From IMG/VR virus record IMGVR_UViG_3300025732_000023, positions 1 to 64,000 of that record: a DNA stretch of 64,000 nt. One strand, 5' to 3'. The notes under the pieces are model-generated. The model had not been told where the DNA came from. It ran no database searches and worked only from the letters and a program-made list of their open reading frames with translations. Made by a program: the position numbers and the translations under genes. This DNA comes from a virus. Below, one piece after another: positions 18,262 to 27,944 of this stretch; the first letter of the stretch is position 1; every line of letters begins with the position of its first letter.

Positions 18262-18807
18262 TCAGGCGTCTGGATACTTAGCGTCGTCTGCGGCATCAGT
18301 AGTAATCATACTTCCAGCAACAAGAGTTTCTGTCTTAACTCTTAGGTTTCCGTGCATATCAGTATAAGTAGTGACTCCTACCCATCCAGCGTGGGCAGGT
18401 GCATACTTACGTGCATCACCAGTTGCAGCATTTGCAACCGTTTGTTCGGTAGTGTCAACACCAAATACACTAGAAGTTCTATTTGATTTTGCATTAGGTG
18501 CATCATAACTTACATCACCCAATGTGTAGATTGGGAGTTGAGTAATGAAATACGAAGCACCAGCAGCAATGGTAGTGATTCCCGAAACAAAATAATCAGC
18601 AGAATGAATTGTTAAAGAAGTATTTGAAGTTACTGATTTTACAACAGCATATCCAAATGTGGCACCAGCGCCAACTACAAGAATATCTCCCTCAGCAACA
18701 CCCGCTGTTGAGAAGGTTGTAGCAGCACCAGTTACAGTTAAAGTATTGAAGTTAACCGCGATAGTGCTTGTATTAGCAACGAGATCTTTATTGCCCCAAA
18801 GAGACAT
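18262..18807 (-). CDS. virion structural protein
   Basis: MSLWGNKD start and HAGWVG...RVKTETLVA C-terminus; TATAAATA 18837-18844. Confidence 0.7.
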   Translation of the reverse strand: MSLWGNKDLVANTSTIAVNFNTLTVTGAATTFSTAGVAEGDILVVGAGATFGYAVVKSVTSNTSLTIHSADYFVSGITTIAAGASYFITQLPIYTLGDVSYDAPNAKSNRTSSVFGVDTTEQTVANAATGDARKYAPAHAGWVGVTTYTDMHGNLRVKTETLVAGSMITTDAADDAKYPDA

Positions 18808-18843
18808 GTTTCCTTACCTATAATTCTTTATATTGATATTTAT

Positions 18844-18875
18844 AAAAAAAGGAGACCTTTACTTTTTGGTCTCCT
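18844..18875 (-). terminator. intrinsic terminator followed by late promoter
   Basis: GGAGACC...GGTCTCC then T7. Confidence 0.65.
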
Positions 18876-19023
18876 TACGCAATACTATTTTTAAAAAATT
18901 AGTCGTAAGATCAAGTAATCCATTTTCTTCAAATCTTTTTGTTTTTGCTAACCATTCGGATGCAGTTAACAATAGACCAAGAACAATGGTTACTCCCCAA
19001 TTAGTTAGGAAGCAAGTAATCAT
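18859..19023 (-). CDS. small membrane protein (54 aa)
   Basis: Manual: MITCFLTNWGVTIVLGLLLTASEWLAKTKRFEENGLLD...; ATGA overlap with upstream ORF. Confidence 0.55.
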   Translation of the reverse strand: MITCFLTNWGVTIVLGLLLTASEWLAKTKRFEENGLLDLTTNFLKIVLRKETKK

Positions 19024-19193
19024 GCTTGTGGTGTAAAGAGTTTTTCTTTAACCAATTCATAAACAACATTATCAATACTATTATCCGTGCTATCAACATA
19101 CTTTTTAAGTAGGTCGAGAACAAGACTTTTTACTGCTGGATGTGTTGCAATTTGAATCAGAAGTGGTTTTACCACTGCTACTACTGCGCCCAT
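19020..19193 (-). CDS. small amphipathic protein (57 aa)
   Basis: Manual: MGAVVAVVKPLLIQIATHPAVKSLVLDLLKKYVDSTDNSID...; GGAGG RBS and late promoter upstream. Confidence 0.6.
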   Translation of the reverse strand: MGAVVAVVKPLLIQIATHPAVKSLVLDLLKKYVDSTDNSIDNVVYELVKEKLFTPQA

Positions 19194-19225
19194 AATGTCC
19201 TCCGTAAGAGAGTATCCTGGCTTAT

Positions 19226-20869
19226 TTATGAATATCTTCTTCCGTCTGCTCTACCACTTGCTCTTTGCTCAGCAGCCTTTCTTCTCATTCTCTGTTCAAC
19301 TGTTTCCTTCTTGCCTTTTCTTAGAGCAGCATTATGTCTTTCAACTTCAGAACCACGTTCGGTTGGTTCATCAAACTCTCTTTCAGAAACTAACTTTCCT
19401 TCCAATTCATAAGATGCTAACTGCAATCTAGTTCCAGATCTTTTGGGAAGAGGAGTTTCTTTTTCTCCGGGCAAGTGAGGACGACCACCAGGTGCTTTTG
19501 GAGTTCCTGGTCTATTTTCTCCAGGTAAAGCTGGACCAGTTTGCTCAGTTGTAACCATAACAACAGGATTCTTAGCACCCATTGCTCTTAATTTATTTTT
19601 AACCAAGTTAACCTTTGCATAATCTCCACGAGTATCTTTCTTCTCTTCATCCGCTGGCGAATGCATTGCCTCTTCTACCTTTTCAGGCATTCCTTTGTGC
19701 TTGGTTTTAGCAAACTTCTTCGCTTCTTTTTTAGTCATACCCTTAGCAGCAGCTGCTACTTCTGGTGACATTGGTTTTGCACCTTTCTTAACAGCATAAA
19801 CCATTCCCATAAAACGCTGCTGTGCCTTACTCTTCGATCTTTCGGTTAGAACTTCACCTTCTAGTTCAGTATGGGCATAGACATTTTTTGGTTTTGTATC
19901 AAGTTGAGTTCCATCTTCTGGTGAAATTTTAATTACACCAGAGGCATAATTATCAACACCTTTTCCAGTAATCTGTGATTTATTCTTACCTTCGGTACTA
20001 TCAGTCCCTTCTGTCCAGAGATAATCCTCTTTTGCAATTGCCTTACCAATTGCTTTACGACGATTCTTTAAATACTTGTCCGACTTATCAGTATCACCGT
20101 CATTATCAATGTCAGCATCTTCTTGACCAACTGGATCAAGTGATTCTTTTCTTGTAGCAATTGCAGCACCAATAGCAGCGCGACGCTTCATAATGTACTT
20201 ATCATTTGGATCATTGCGCTTACCATCATTATCAACATCAGCATCTTCTCTTCCAACTGGATCTAATTTCTTTCTTCCTTTTCTACCGCCACCACCAGTT
20301 GCACGAGCAGTTTCTTCACCTCTCTTTCTTTCACCTTCTCTTGGTTCACCATACTCAGTCAACTCAACTTTTAGACCCTTTGATCTAAGTTGAGTAATTT
20401 TTTCACGAGTTCCGTATCTCACATATGAGTTACCAGTCTTAGGATCAGTGACTCTAATCTTATACTTCTTATCACCAACAGCATTTAGTTCTTCCAAATA
20501 ATCGAGAACAACTTCCCCTTCATTAACACCCTCTACAAAAACCTTAAACATTGCATTTGCAATGCTAGTTGCAGCAGCGTCTTCGATTGTTGGAATGAAA
20601 TCTTCTGCGACAGCAGCTTTTTTAGATACCATCTGTCTTGCTCTTGCCTTTACAGCAGGGACTGCGGTTGACTTTGCAATTCTTTCAAGAACCATTCTTT
20701 CCTGCATTGTGGCATCTGCTTTTTTCCCTGCCAACATTTTTTTCACTTCATATCGAGAATCATAAACAAGTTGTCTTGCCTTCTTCTCAATAGAAGCAGC
20801 AGCATCTCCCATAGGTTTTGCTGCACCACCTTTTCTAGATGGAAGTTCCTCAAAAATATTGTTACTCAT
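19226..20869 (-). CDS. modular late protein with two LDPVGxEDADxDNDG repeats
   Basis: Two Asp-rich loop repeats; SKAQQRFMGMV module; ELEG..(L/V)(T/S)E motifs. Confidence 0.75.
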   Translation of the reverse strand: MSNNIFEELPSRKGGAAKPMGDAAASIEKKARQLVYDSRYEVKKMLAGKKADATMQERMVLERIAKSTAVPAVKARARQMVSKKAAVAEDFIPTIEDAAATSIANAMFKVFVEGVNEGEVVLDYLEELNAVGDKKYKIRVTDPKTGNSYVRYGTREKITQLRSKGLKVELTEYGEPREGERKRGEETARATGGGGRKGRKKLDPVGREDADVDNDGKRNDPNDKYIMKRRAAIGAAIATRKESLDPVGQEDADIDNDGDTDKSDKYLKNRRKAIGKAIAKEDYLWTEGTDSTEGKNKSQITGKGVDNYASGVIKISPEDGTQLDTKPKNVYAHTELEGEVLTERSKSKAQQRFMGMVYAVKKGAKPMSPEVAAAAKGMTKKEAKKFAKTKHKGMPEKVEEAMHSPADEEKKDTRGDYAKVNLVKNKLRAMGAKNPVVMVTTEQTGPALPGENRPGTPKAPGGRPHLPGEKETPLPKRSGTRLQLASYELEGKLVSEREFDEPTERGSEVERHNAALRKGKKETVEQRMRRKAAEQRASGRADGRRYS

Positions 20870-20887
20870 TGGAGAAAGATTGATTAC

Positions 20888-22108
20888 TTACTTTTTTCTA
20901 TACTTATTTATGAATTGTCTTCCCCAAGTATGTCCAGGAACCATACTCTCAACGTATTTCCTGTAAGCATCAGTTCCAACAAGTCTTTGATCAGCAGGAA
21001 CACCACTTCTATTTGTAAGTTTTGCTTCCATTACATCTTTAATCCAAGACTTAAACATAATATGATCTTCGGTAACACAGATAAGATAGTTGGTTCCTCT
21101 ACGAATAATACGACCAATCAATCCGGTGTTTAGATTTTCAACCAACTGACCAATGTTAAAGATTGATTCTTTAACGTAATTTTCACGTAGAGTTTTCTGA
21201 TCAAACTTAGGAGCAATCTCCCAAACTTCTGCTACTTGGTCTTGGATGCCCATTGCAGCACGAACCGTATCGAAGACTGCTCTTGCATCCTTTGGTCTCA
21301 TATCAGGTGGCATACCTAAACGGAAAGTTTTAAAGTCTCCTTCGGAAGCAGCAAGTCTCATTCTTGATGCAGAAAGACCTTCTACACCATCAGAATCTGG
21401 ATCACGATCACCAGCAGAAACTACTTCAATATTATCAAAGGCATAGAGATTACCATTATAATTGTTGGCAAGTTTATTGAATTCATTAACTCGGTCAGCA
21501 CCACCAACAATTCTTACATTCGTATATCCATCATTATGTGCTTTTTTGAGAACATCAAAAATAGTTCTGGTATTTGCATCATTTACAATTCTTTCACTAT
21601 GCTGAGGGAACATCGATCTCATCAGTGCAACTTTTGTATCAGCATCAAGCGGATTCTTTTTCTTGTCCTGAGTGCGAGAAGGAATAATCATATAATCACT
21701 GCCTTCCTGTTCTGCAGAAGCAGCAGCAGTATCCATTAATTGAAGATGACCTAAATGTGGAGGATTGAAACGACCAAACGCAATCGTCAGTGTTCCTTTT
21801 GTTTTTTCTACTGGTAAGAAATTAACAGGTGGTGCTTCCTGAGCAACTTGTTGTTGAGGTGCAGGTGCTTGTTGTTGAAGTGCCGGATCAACAAAGTTTG
21901 GATTAGAAATATTCTTTTCTGTTTCTGTCTGAGCAGGGTCTTTACCGACTGCCTGACGCTTATTATAAAACTTTAATCTACCCTTTTCAGTTTTGGCAAC
22001 AAACTCACCGTCTTTATACCACCCACCGTGCCCATCACCCTGTAAACCAAGTCTTGCCGCTTGTTGAGTAGCGGTGGTTTCAGTTAAAAATTGGAAAAAA
22101 CTTTTCAT
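20888..22108 (-). CDS. cytidyltransferase-like (HxGH nucleotidyltransferase) protein
   Basis: FGRFNPPHLGH, VGGADRV, SASRMR; MKSFFQFLTE N-terminus. Confidence 0.88.
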   Translation of the reverse strand: MKSFFQFLTETTATQQAARLGLQGDGHGGWYKDGEFVAKTEKGRLKFYNKRQAVGKDPAQTETEKNISNPNFVDPALQQQAPAPQQQVAQEAPPVNFLPVEKTKGTLTIAFGRFNPPHLGHLQLMDTAAASAEQEGSDYMIIPSRTQDKKKNPLDADTKVALMRSMFPQHSERIVNDANTRTIFDVLKKAHNDGYTNVRIVGGADRVNEFNKLANNYNGNLYAFDNIEVVSAGDRDPDSDGVEGLSASRMRLAASEGDFKTFRLGMPPDMRPKDARAVFDTVRAAMGIQDQVAEVWEIAPKFDQKTLRENYVKESIFNIGQLVENLNTGLIGRIIRRGTNYLICVTEDHIMFKSWIKDVMEAKLTNRSGVPADQRLVGTDAYRKYVESMVPGHTWGRQFINKYRKK

Positions 22109-22326
22109 TACTTACGGTTCTTCTTTCTAAGTTCGGTAACTATTGCCCTTTCGTTCGCAATAATGTAATTCAAGACACTTTGTCTAATCTTTATATATTT
22201 ATCCTTATCTGGTTTCCTCTTTTTTAAATCAATTTCTTTCTGCATTGATATAAGAACGTGCAAAACAAAATCTTTAAAGTCTTTTCCTTTAAAAGTTTTG
22301 ACTAATGGATTGATATAATTTTCCAT
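22108..22326 (-). CDS. small basic hypothetical protein
   Basis: 72 aa, coupled to neighbours. Confidence 0.55.
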   Translation of the reverse strand: MENYINPLVKTFKGKDFKDFVLHVLISMQKEIDLKKRKPDKDKYIKIRQSVLNYIIANERAIVTELRKKNRK

Positions 22327-23580
22327 TTAACTTACCTGGAATCCAATTCTATCTTCTGTTCTTGTTGCATAGTTTGACGTTCTTAGATACAAGTTTCTAA
22401 CAATAGAAATTCCTCCACCACCAGATGCGGTAAAAGTTGGACGACCAGTGGTTTGATTCAATCCTAGTTTAACATAGATTATCCTAGATTGGTTTAAAAA
22501 TTCATTAAAAATTTCTTTCAATACCCTATTCTGGGTTCCAGATCTTGACCACTTTTCTATAAGTTGCTCACACTCATATCTAATTTCACCATATGTGACA
22601 TTTTTTATATTTGTTTTACTTTTTTTACTGGGCATGTGTAAGTTTATAAAATTCTGCCAAATACTAGGATCAACTAATTTAGTATCTGATTTAGATTTAG
22701 ATGTGTAATTAGAAATAATATCAGAAATACAAGAACTAGTTATTTCTCCATTGCTTTGTATAATTTGCCAAGTATAAAATGGACCTTGAATAACTGCATT
22801 TCTATTTCTTTCATTTGCTAGTGACTGCAATACTTGATATTCTTTTGTAGCAACTAAATTTGTACTTTTAATATAAGGAATAACAAACTGAGGTTTAACT
22901 TGATTCGATACTCCTCTTGCCGATTTTGCAGATATTAAATATTCAGTATTTCCAGAAACTAATTTGTAATCATAAAGTGCTGCTGATCCACCAGGAACAT
23001 AAATGCTTGCACCACCTAAACCAGCAGTTTCAACTATATTACTTAAAATTCCATCTCTATTTTTTACACAGGCAATTGGTCCTATAACCTCACCATAATA
23101 ACTTTCAATTTCCCCCCAAGGAAATTCATCCATTTTTATTCCAAAATAATTACCATATCCATTATTGGCATAATCAAGCAATTCATAAAGATAGTCAAAT
23201 AACTCACCAGGAATGTCATTTCTGCGATTGAGTGCATTAACCAACTCATTATAATAATCAGTAACAGAGAAAAAAGTTCTATTACTCAAACCAAAACTAG
23301 AAGGTCTCAACAAAACTGATTGTCTTTCAGTTCCAGGTTTAACAAAATAATCGACATTTGCATAAAAGACTTCTCCATCATCAGTTCTAAATGCTGCTCT
23401 CAAATGATCTTCGGTTAAAGAGTCGATATAAGTTACTTGCATTCCAGCGTTTACAGCACCTGCTGCCTGATATGTACCATCTTCAGACTTAGTGTAGATG
23501 CTCACATTCTTTTTTACTGACGTTCTATGATCACTTCCTTTCCAATTTCTTTGGAAGTTTATAATACCAGAACTTGCCAT
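22327..23580 (-). CDS. hypothetical protein, possible PD-(D/E)XK-like nuclease
   Basis: Start reassigned to ATG 23580 (the upstream part of the track ORF is tRNA); CTAAATA late promoter at 23589-23595; LYDYKL...YLISAK motif. Confidence 0.6.
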   Translation of the reverse strand: MASSGIINFQRNWKGSDHRTSVKKNVSIYTKSEDGTYQAAGAVNAGMQVTYIDSLTEDHLRAAFRTDDGEVFYANVDYFVKPGTERQSVLLRPSSFGLSNRTFFSVTDYYNELVNALNRRNDIPGELFDYLYELLDYANNGYGNYFGIKMDEFPWGEIESYYGEVIGPIACVKNRDGILSNIVETAGLGGASIYVPGGSAALYDYKLVSGNTEYLISAKSARGVSNQVKPQFVIPYIKSTNLVATKEYQVLQSLANERNRNAVIQGPFYTWQIIQSNGEITSSCISDIISNYTSKSKSDTKLVDPSIWQNFINLHMPSKKSKTNIKNVTYGEIRYECEQLIEKWSRSGTQNRVLKEIFNEFLNQSRIIYVKLGLNQTTGRPTFTASGGGGISIVRNLYLRTSNYATRTEDRIGFQVS

Positions 23581-23595
23581 TTTTGAATTATTTAG

Positions 23596-23668
23596 TGCCC
23601 GTGAGAAGATTCGAACTTCCACTGTATGGATTCTAAGTCCACCCTCTCTACCGTTGGAGTACACGGGC
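23596..23668 (-). tRNA. trnL: tRNA-Leu(UAG) with short variable loop, no encoded CCA
   Basis: GCCCGTG/CACGGGC acceptor stem, GTGGA-CTTAGAA-TCCAT anticodon arm, GGAAG-TTCGAAT-CTTCT T arm, discriminator A. Confidence 0.88.
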
Positions 23669-23672
23669 AAAA

Positions 23673-23745
23673 TGGAGAATAGGAGACTCGAACTCCTGAC
23701 ACCCGCCTTGCAAAGGCGATGCTCTACCAACTGAGCTAATTCCCC
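23673..23745 (-). tRNA. trnA: tRNA-Ala(UGC)
   Basis: GGGGAATTAGCTCAGTTGGTAGAGC...TTGCAA...GTTCGAGTC; G3:U70 identity pair. Confidence 0.95.
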
Positions 23746-23771
23746 AATAAGACCCCTAAGGGGTCAAATAT

Positions 23772-24812
23772 TTAGAACACTAACGTTAGTGTACCATATC
23801 CCAACAATGCAGCGATCAACCAACCCAGAACTTTGTAATAGGTCTTGATAGGAGTACAAAAGTATTGTTGACCGATCAGTAGACATTTATGCATCGGTGA
23901 AATAATGTATCCAGCATACTCTACACACAGGAACCATGTCAAGTATCCAGGACCGAATGCTTTGGCGAGCAGAGCAACGATACCAGCATATTTACCAGAG
24001 GATCCCATAGCGAATGCTGCGAGGAAACCAACCACAGAAACAGCAGCAAGAGCAGAAGTTCCTTGTGCAGCAGTGAGTTTGAGATACTCCATCACAGGTT
24101 CTTTGAGTTCACCCATGACTGCTGCGAGAGCAAGAACAAGAGCAGCAAACCCAGCAAACTTCCAGTTGATATAACGACCCCACTTCCAATCATTGCAAAT
24201 GAATGAATAGTAAGCAGCCAGACCAGTAAACCATACAGAGAACAGGTAAGGCATATCAGGATCACCGTAGCAGACCAGGAACCACATCGTAGCAACAATA
24301 GGTGCCCAACCTTTCAGAAGACGATTCCAACTAAAGGTGCGAGTTTCTTCAACGATTTCTACGTCAGTTTCTTTGACGTATTTGAAGATGAATACCCCAG
24401 CGAACACCATAACAATCATCAGAGGAACAATCGTATATCCCATGTATTGAGTATACGACATTCCTAATGCTGCCATCGGAAGCACAACAGTCTTTTCAAG
24501 TGGCGACCACCAGTAATAGTGGTGAGTAGAAAGATAATCTACGATACCAAACTTGGAACGGGATTGTGCTTTGTCACTTGCGATGGAATCCAAAAGGGGA
24601 GCTGACATAACAACTCGCCCTTCAATAGGTAGTACACCACCAGCAAGAGCAGTAGCAGCAACAACTAAACGATTTGATTTGAATGTATTACGAAGTGCTA
24701 CGAAGACTTCATTCAGCACACCGTATTGTTTGACTAGACCACCAACAATCATAATGCCAATGATGTAAGGGAGAAAGAGCTCCTTCTCCCAGATACCTAT
24801 CAATAAATCCAT
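23772..24812 (-). CDS. multi-pass membrane permease, DUF401/ion-transporter-superfamily-like
   Basis: Many hydrophobic segments; GVLPIEGRVVMSAP, HHYYWWSPL and IISPMHKCLLIGQQYF recall DUF401 motifs. Confidence 0.65.
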   Translation of the reverse strand: MDLLIGIWEKELFLPYIIGIMIVGGLVKQYGVLNEVFVALRNTFKSNRLVVAATALAGGVLPIEGRVVMSAPLLDSIASDKAQSRSKFGIVDYLSTHHYYWWSPLEKTVVLPMAALGMSYTQYMGYTIVPLMIVMVFAGVFIFKYVKETDVEIVEETRTFSWNRLLKGWAPIVATMWFLVCYGDPDMPYLFSVWFTGLAAYYSFICNDWKWGRYINWKFAGFAALVLALAAVMGELKEPVMEYLKLTAAQGTSALAAVSVVGFLAAFAMGSSGKYAGIVALLAKAFGPGYLTWFLCVEYAGYIISPMHKCLLIGQQYFCTPIKTYYKVLGWLIAALLGYGTLTLVF

Positions 24813-24994
24813 TACTCTACAACTGAACTAATTTTTTCATCAAGATCAAGAATCACTGCACGAATATCAGAAATTCGAGGAGGAACACTTGATTCATTAT
24901 ATGTATATCCTTGTTGGGCATCAAAAAGAATTTGACGAACTGCCGCAGCAGATCTGACATCCATTTTGATTGCCACTTGCTTTTGTTTAGTCAT
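24812..24994 (-). CDS. small hypothetical protein
   Basis: 60 aa, coupled to mazG. Confidence 0.6.
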   Translation of the reverse strand: MTKQKQVAIKMDVRSAAAVRQILFDAQQGYTYNESSVPPRISDIRAVILDLDEKISSVVE

Positions 24995-25407
24995 CGGTCA
25001 TCAGAAGCACGGTTTTCGGAGAAGTAAACATCAAAAGCACCTTCTGGATAACGCTTCAGAAGTTTTTGCACATTACGAGCAACCACATCATCGAGTGTAA
25101 CACCAAGTGCCATACAAGCTTGGGCAACGTACCACATAATATCGCCCAGTTCGATAATCAGATGTTCACGATTATCTTCATTGTATGGTTTACCCTGAAA
25201 AACCATCTTCTTAACGATTTCCATAAACTCACCACCTTCGGCATTGATACCAACGGCAGCAGTCAGAAGACGCTCAATGTTTGCACCCTTTTCATCAAGT
25301 TCAACCAGACGGTCGGAGAGAGCAAGAAAGTCCTTAGATGCATCAGAAGTTACAGCATCCACAAACTCAGCATACTTATCAAAATTAACGTGTTTAGCAG
25401 TTTCCAT
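24991..25407 (-). CDS. mazG: MazG-like NTP pyrophosphohydrolase
   Basis: EGGEFMEIVKK...ELGDIMWY; typical cyanophage position after g41. Confidence 0.9.
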   Translation of the reverse strand: METAKHVNFDKYAEFVDAVTSDASKDFLALSDRLVELDEKGANIERLLTAAVGINAEGGEFMEIVKKMVFQGKPYNEDNREHLIIELGDIMWYVAQACMALGVTLDDVVARNVQKLLKRYPEGAFDVYFSENRASDDR

Positions 25408-26786
25408 TAAAATTTAAATCCTTCAAACGACTTTTTAGGTTTCTTGTCTTCGTAATCATTATACTCATCATCCTGCCCACTGTCAAGTATGTCCTTCTGG
25501 GCAGTCTGTTCACAATCATACAGTCTCATTTTGGCACGATCAATGCCCACAATGAAACGCTTGTAGATAGTTGGGTCATTGTAACGATTCTTCAATTGCT
25601 TCACCATAATCTGCCCCAACTGTTCCAGTTCTTCTGTGCTAATAAGGGCAAACATAAGATCAGCAGTAGCAGGGAGACCAAAGGACTCGCTAGTATCAGT
25701 AAGTTCAACATCAGAAGAACCAAAACCACTGCGGGTGGTCTGAGTAGCGGAGACAATCGGTACATTAAATTCGACGGCGAGTCCTCTAAGTTCCTCAGCA
25801 ATCGCTTTAATATACGAATATGAATTGACAGAAAGGTTTGACTTATATCTACTGGAAGCACATATATTAAGGTAATCAATGAAAATAATATCAGGTCTAA
25901 ATGACTTCTTAAGTGCAAGTTCATTAAGAAGTGCTTTAAAATGTCCACTATGTGCAGAAGCAGTGGGATATTCCTTAATTATAAGAGTACCCTGAGTTTT
26001 CTTGGATAGACTTGTGACTTTATTTTCAAACATTTGGCGAGGGAGATCAACCAATTGTTGAATAGGAACATTCAATAAGTTTGCATCAATTCTTTCAGCA
26101 ATTCGTTCCTCCGCCATTTCAAGAGTGATATAGAGAACGTTCCTGCCTTGCAGTAAGACGGAAGCAGCAACATGGCACATAAAGAGACTTTTTCCGACAC
26201 CCGTACCAGCAAGAGCGATATTGAGAGTCTTATTAGGTAAACCACCTTTTGTAATTTTATTAAAATAGTCGAGATCAAATTCGATCTTATCTTCTTGGCG
26301 GTGATAAAATTCATAACGCTCTTCATAGTTTTGTAAGTAATCGTGTCCGATATTGTTATCAAAACTCACGGCAAGAGCATCGGAAAGAATAGAAGGAATA
26401 GCATCCCGATTCTTTTTTTCATTATTACCATCGGCAATGTGAATTGATTCCATCAATGCCAAGTAAATAGCACGATCACGACACCACTTCTCAGTGGTAT
26501 CAAGTAACCATTGCTTGTCCACAAGATTATCATTCAGAGAACTGTTAATTTCTCTGATTTCTTTAATCTCAGTTTCGTTTAAATCAGTTCTGTTTTCTAC
26601 TTCAATATTAAGTGCTTCGATCGTAATTGCTGAACCATACTTAACAATGAATTGGACAATTTCCTCAAAAATGATTTTTTCCGATTTCTGTTCAAAATAA
26701 TCTGGTTGAATGAAAGGTATGACCTTACGTGAGTAATCTTCATTGAATACAAGGTTTCTGAGAATTGTTGTCTCAATTCGTTCCAT
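25407..26786 (-). CDS. g41: DNA helicase (gp41)
   Basis: AGTGVGKS, TLEMAEE, IDYLNI, SESFGLP. Confidence 0.96.
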   Translation of the reverse strand: MERIETTILRNLVFNEDYSRKVIPFIQPDYFEQKSEKIIFEEIVQFIVKYGSAITIEALNIEVENRTDLNETEIKEIREINSSLNDNLVDKQWLLDTTEKWCRDRAIYLALMESIHIADGNNEKKNRDAIPSILSDALAVSFDNNIGHDYLQNYEERYEFYHRQEDKIEFDLDYFNKITKGGLPNKTLNIALAGTGVGKSLFMCHVAASVLLQGRNVLYITLEMAEERIAERIDANLLNVPIQQLVDLPRQMFENKVTSLSKKTQGTLIIKEYPTASAHSGHFKALLNELALKKSFRPDIIFIDYLNICASSRYKSNLSVNSYSYIKAIAEELRGLAVEFNVPIVSATQTTRSGFGSSDVELTDTSESFGLPATADLMFALISTEELEQLGQIMVKQLKNRYNDPTIYKRFIVGIDRAKMRLYDCEQTAQKDILDSGQDDEYNDYEDKKPKKSFEGFKF

Positions 26787-27780
26787 AAGAGAATTCTTTT
26801 TTCGCGGCAGCATCAAGTTGCTGCATTACTTCTTCGGTAAAATACTCATCAGGGTTGGCAAGAATCTGTTTACCATAAACTTTCTTACCATTAATTTCAT
26901 AACGTCCAGCAACGTTTTTCCAGAGTCCAGCGATTTCTCCCAGTTCTAGAAGACCATAATACCGATCAAGACCGCGCTCATCATAATAAAGACGAACTTC
27001 AACTTGTTGGTTTTCCTTACTCAAACGCGACTTAGCAGTCTTTGCCTTAATAATGTTTCCAACAATTTCTGTTCCATCCTTTTCCTTTTTCTTTGAGAGA
27101 TGAATGATAGTAGAAGCGGCATACTTAAGACCACTACCGCCACCCATTTCCTTAGTAGGAACATAAGCACCAATGACATCATAGGTGTGGTTAGTTACAA
27201 TCATTGGAATATTTGCTTGACCCAATTTAAGGGTAAGCATACGAAAAGCACCTTTAATCAGTTGGGATTTAGTCATATCCCGAACTTGCTTATCATTAAG
27301 TGCGTCAGTAATCTCTTTCTCAGTCGAAAGCATACCCAAAGAGTCTAGCACAAACATACAAGGTCTGCGTTCATCTACTGGTTTTTTGAGGTGTAACTCT
27401 ACTGCTTTAAGTGCTTTGCTGCGAAACTCCTCAACAGTTACAACTTCCACCTTAGCAAGTCGATCAAGATCGATTCCACGAGAAATCAACATTGATTTAT
27501 TAATAGCAGACTCAGTATCAAAGTAGAGACAATAACCATCGGGGTGAGTATCAAGGAAATTCTTAACCACTGCGAGAGAGAAAAAAGTCTTTCCAGTACT
27601 AGACTCTCCAGCAATAGCAGTAATCTTATTCCCAGATACACCACCAAATATGCTACCTGAAACCAGTGCATTAAAAACGTATGAACCCGTATCAACATAA
27701 GTCTCAGTCTCATCAATATCTGATGCTAACTTAGTAAAGTCATCACCAATCTCTTTTACAATATCTTTAAGAAAATCCAT
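26773..27780 (-). CDS. uvsX: UvsX RecA-like recombinase
   Basis: GESSTGKT, LDSLG, MGGGSGLKY. Confidence 0.95.
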   Translation of the reverse strand: MDFLKDIVKEIGDDFTKLASDIDETETYVDTGSYVFNALVSGSIFGGVSGNKITAIAGESSTGKTFFSLAVVKNFLDTHPDGYCLYFDTESAINKSMLISRGIDLDRLAKVEVVTVEEFRSKALKAVELHLKKPVDERRPCMFVLDSLGMLSTEKEITDALNDKQVRDMTKSQLIKGAFRMLTLKLGQANIPMIVTNHTYDVIGAYVPTKEMGGGSGLKYAASTIIHLSKKKEKDGTEIVGNIIKAKTAKSRLSKENQQVEVRLYYDERGLDRYYGLLELGEIAGLWKNVAGRYEINGKKVYGKQILANPDEYFTEEVMQQLDAAAKKEFSYGTN

Positions 27781-27944
27781 TAAGCAACCATCCCGTATTC
27801 TTCACGAAGTATTTTTTTATAAGGCAAACCTTGTTCTCTGAGTTCCTTTACCAATTTAAGTTTATGATAAAGTGCGGCATCTCCTCCAAACCCAAGTGCT
27901 TTCACAATAGTATTCAGTTCTTCATCATTAATAGGTAAATCCAT
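27780..27944 (-). CDS. small hypothetical protein (54 aa)
   Basis: Manual: MDLPINDEELNTIVKALGFGGDAALYHKLK...; TAATG overlaps at both ends. Confidence 0.6.
   Translation of the reverse strand: MDLPINDEELNTIVKALGFGGDAALYHKLKLVKELREQGLPYKKILREEYGMVA

Noticed and set aside
23581-23730. N-terminal extension of the 467-aa track ORF
   Set aside because: It is translated tRNA sequence; a late promoter and ATG at 23580 give the more likely start
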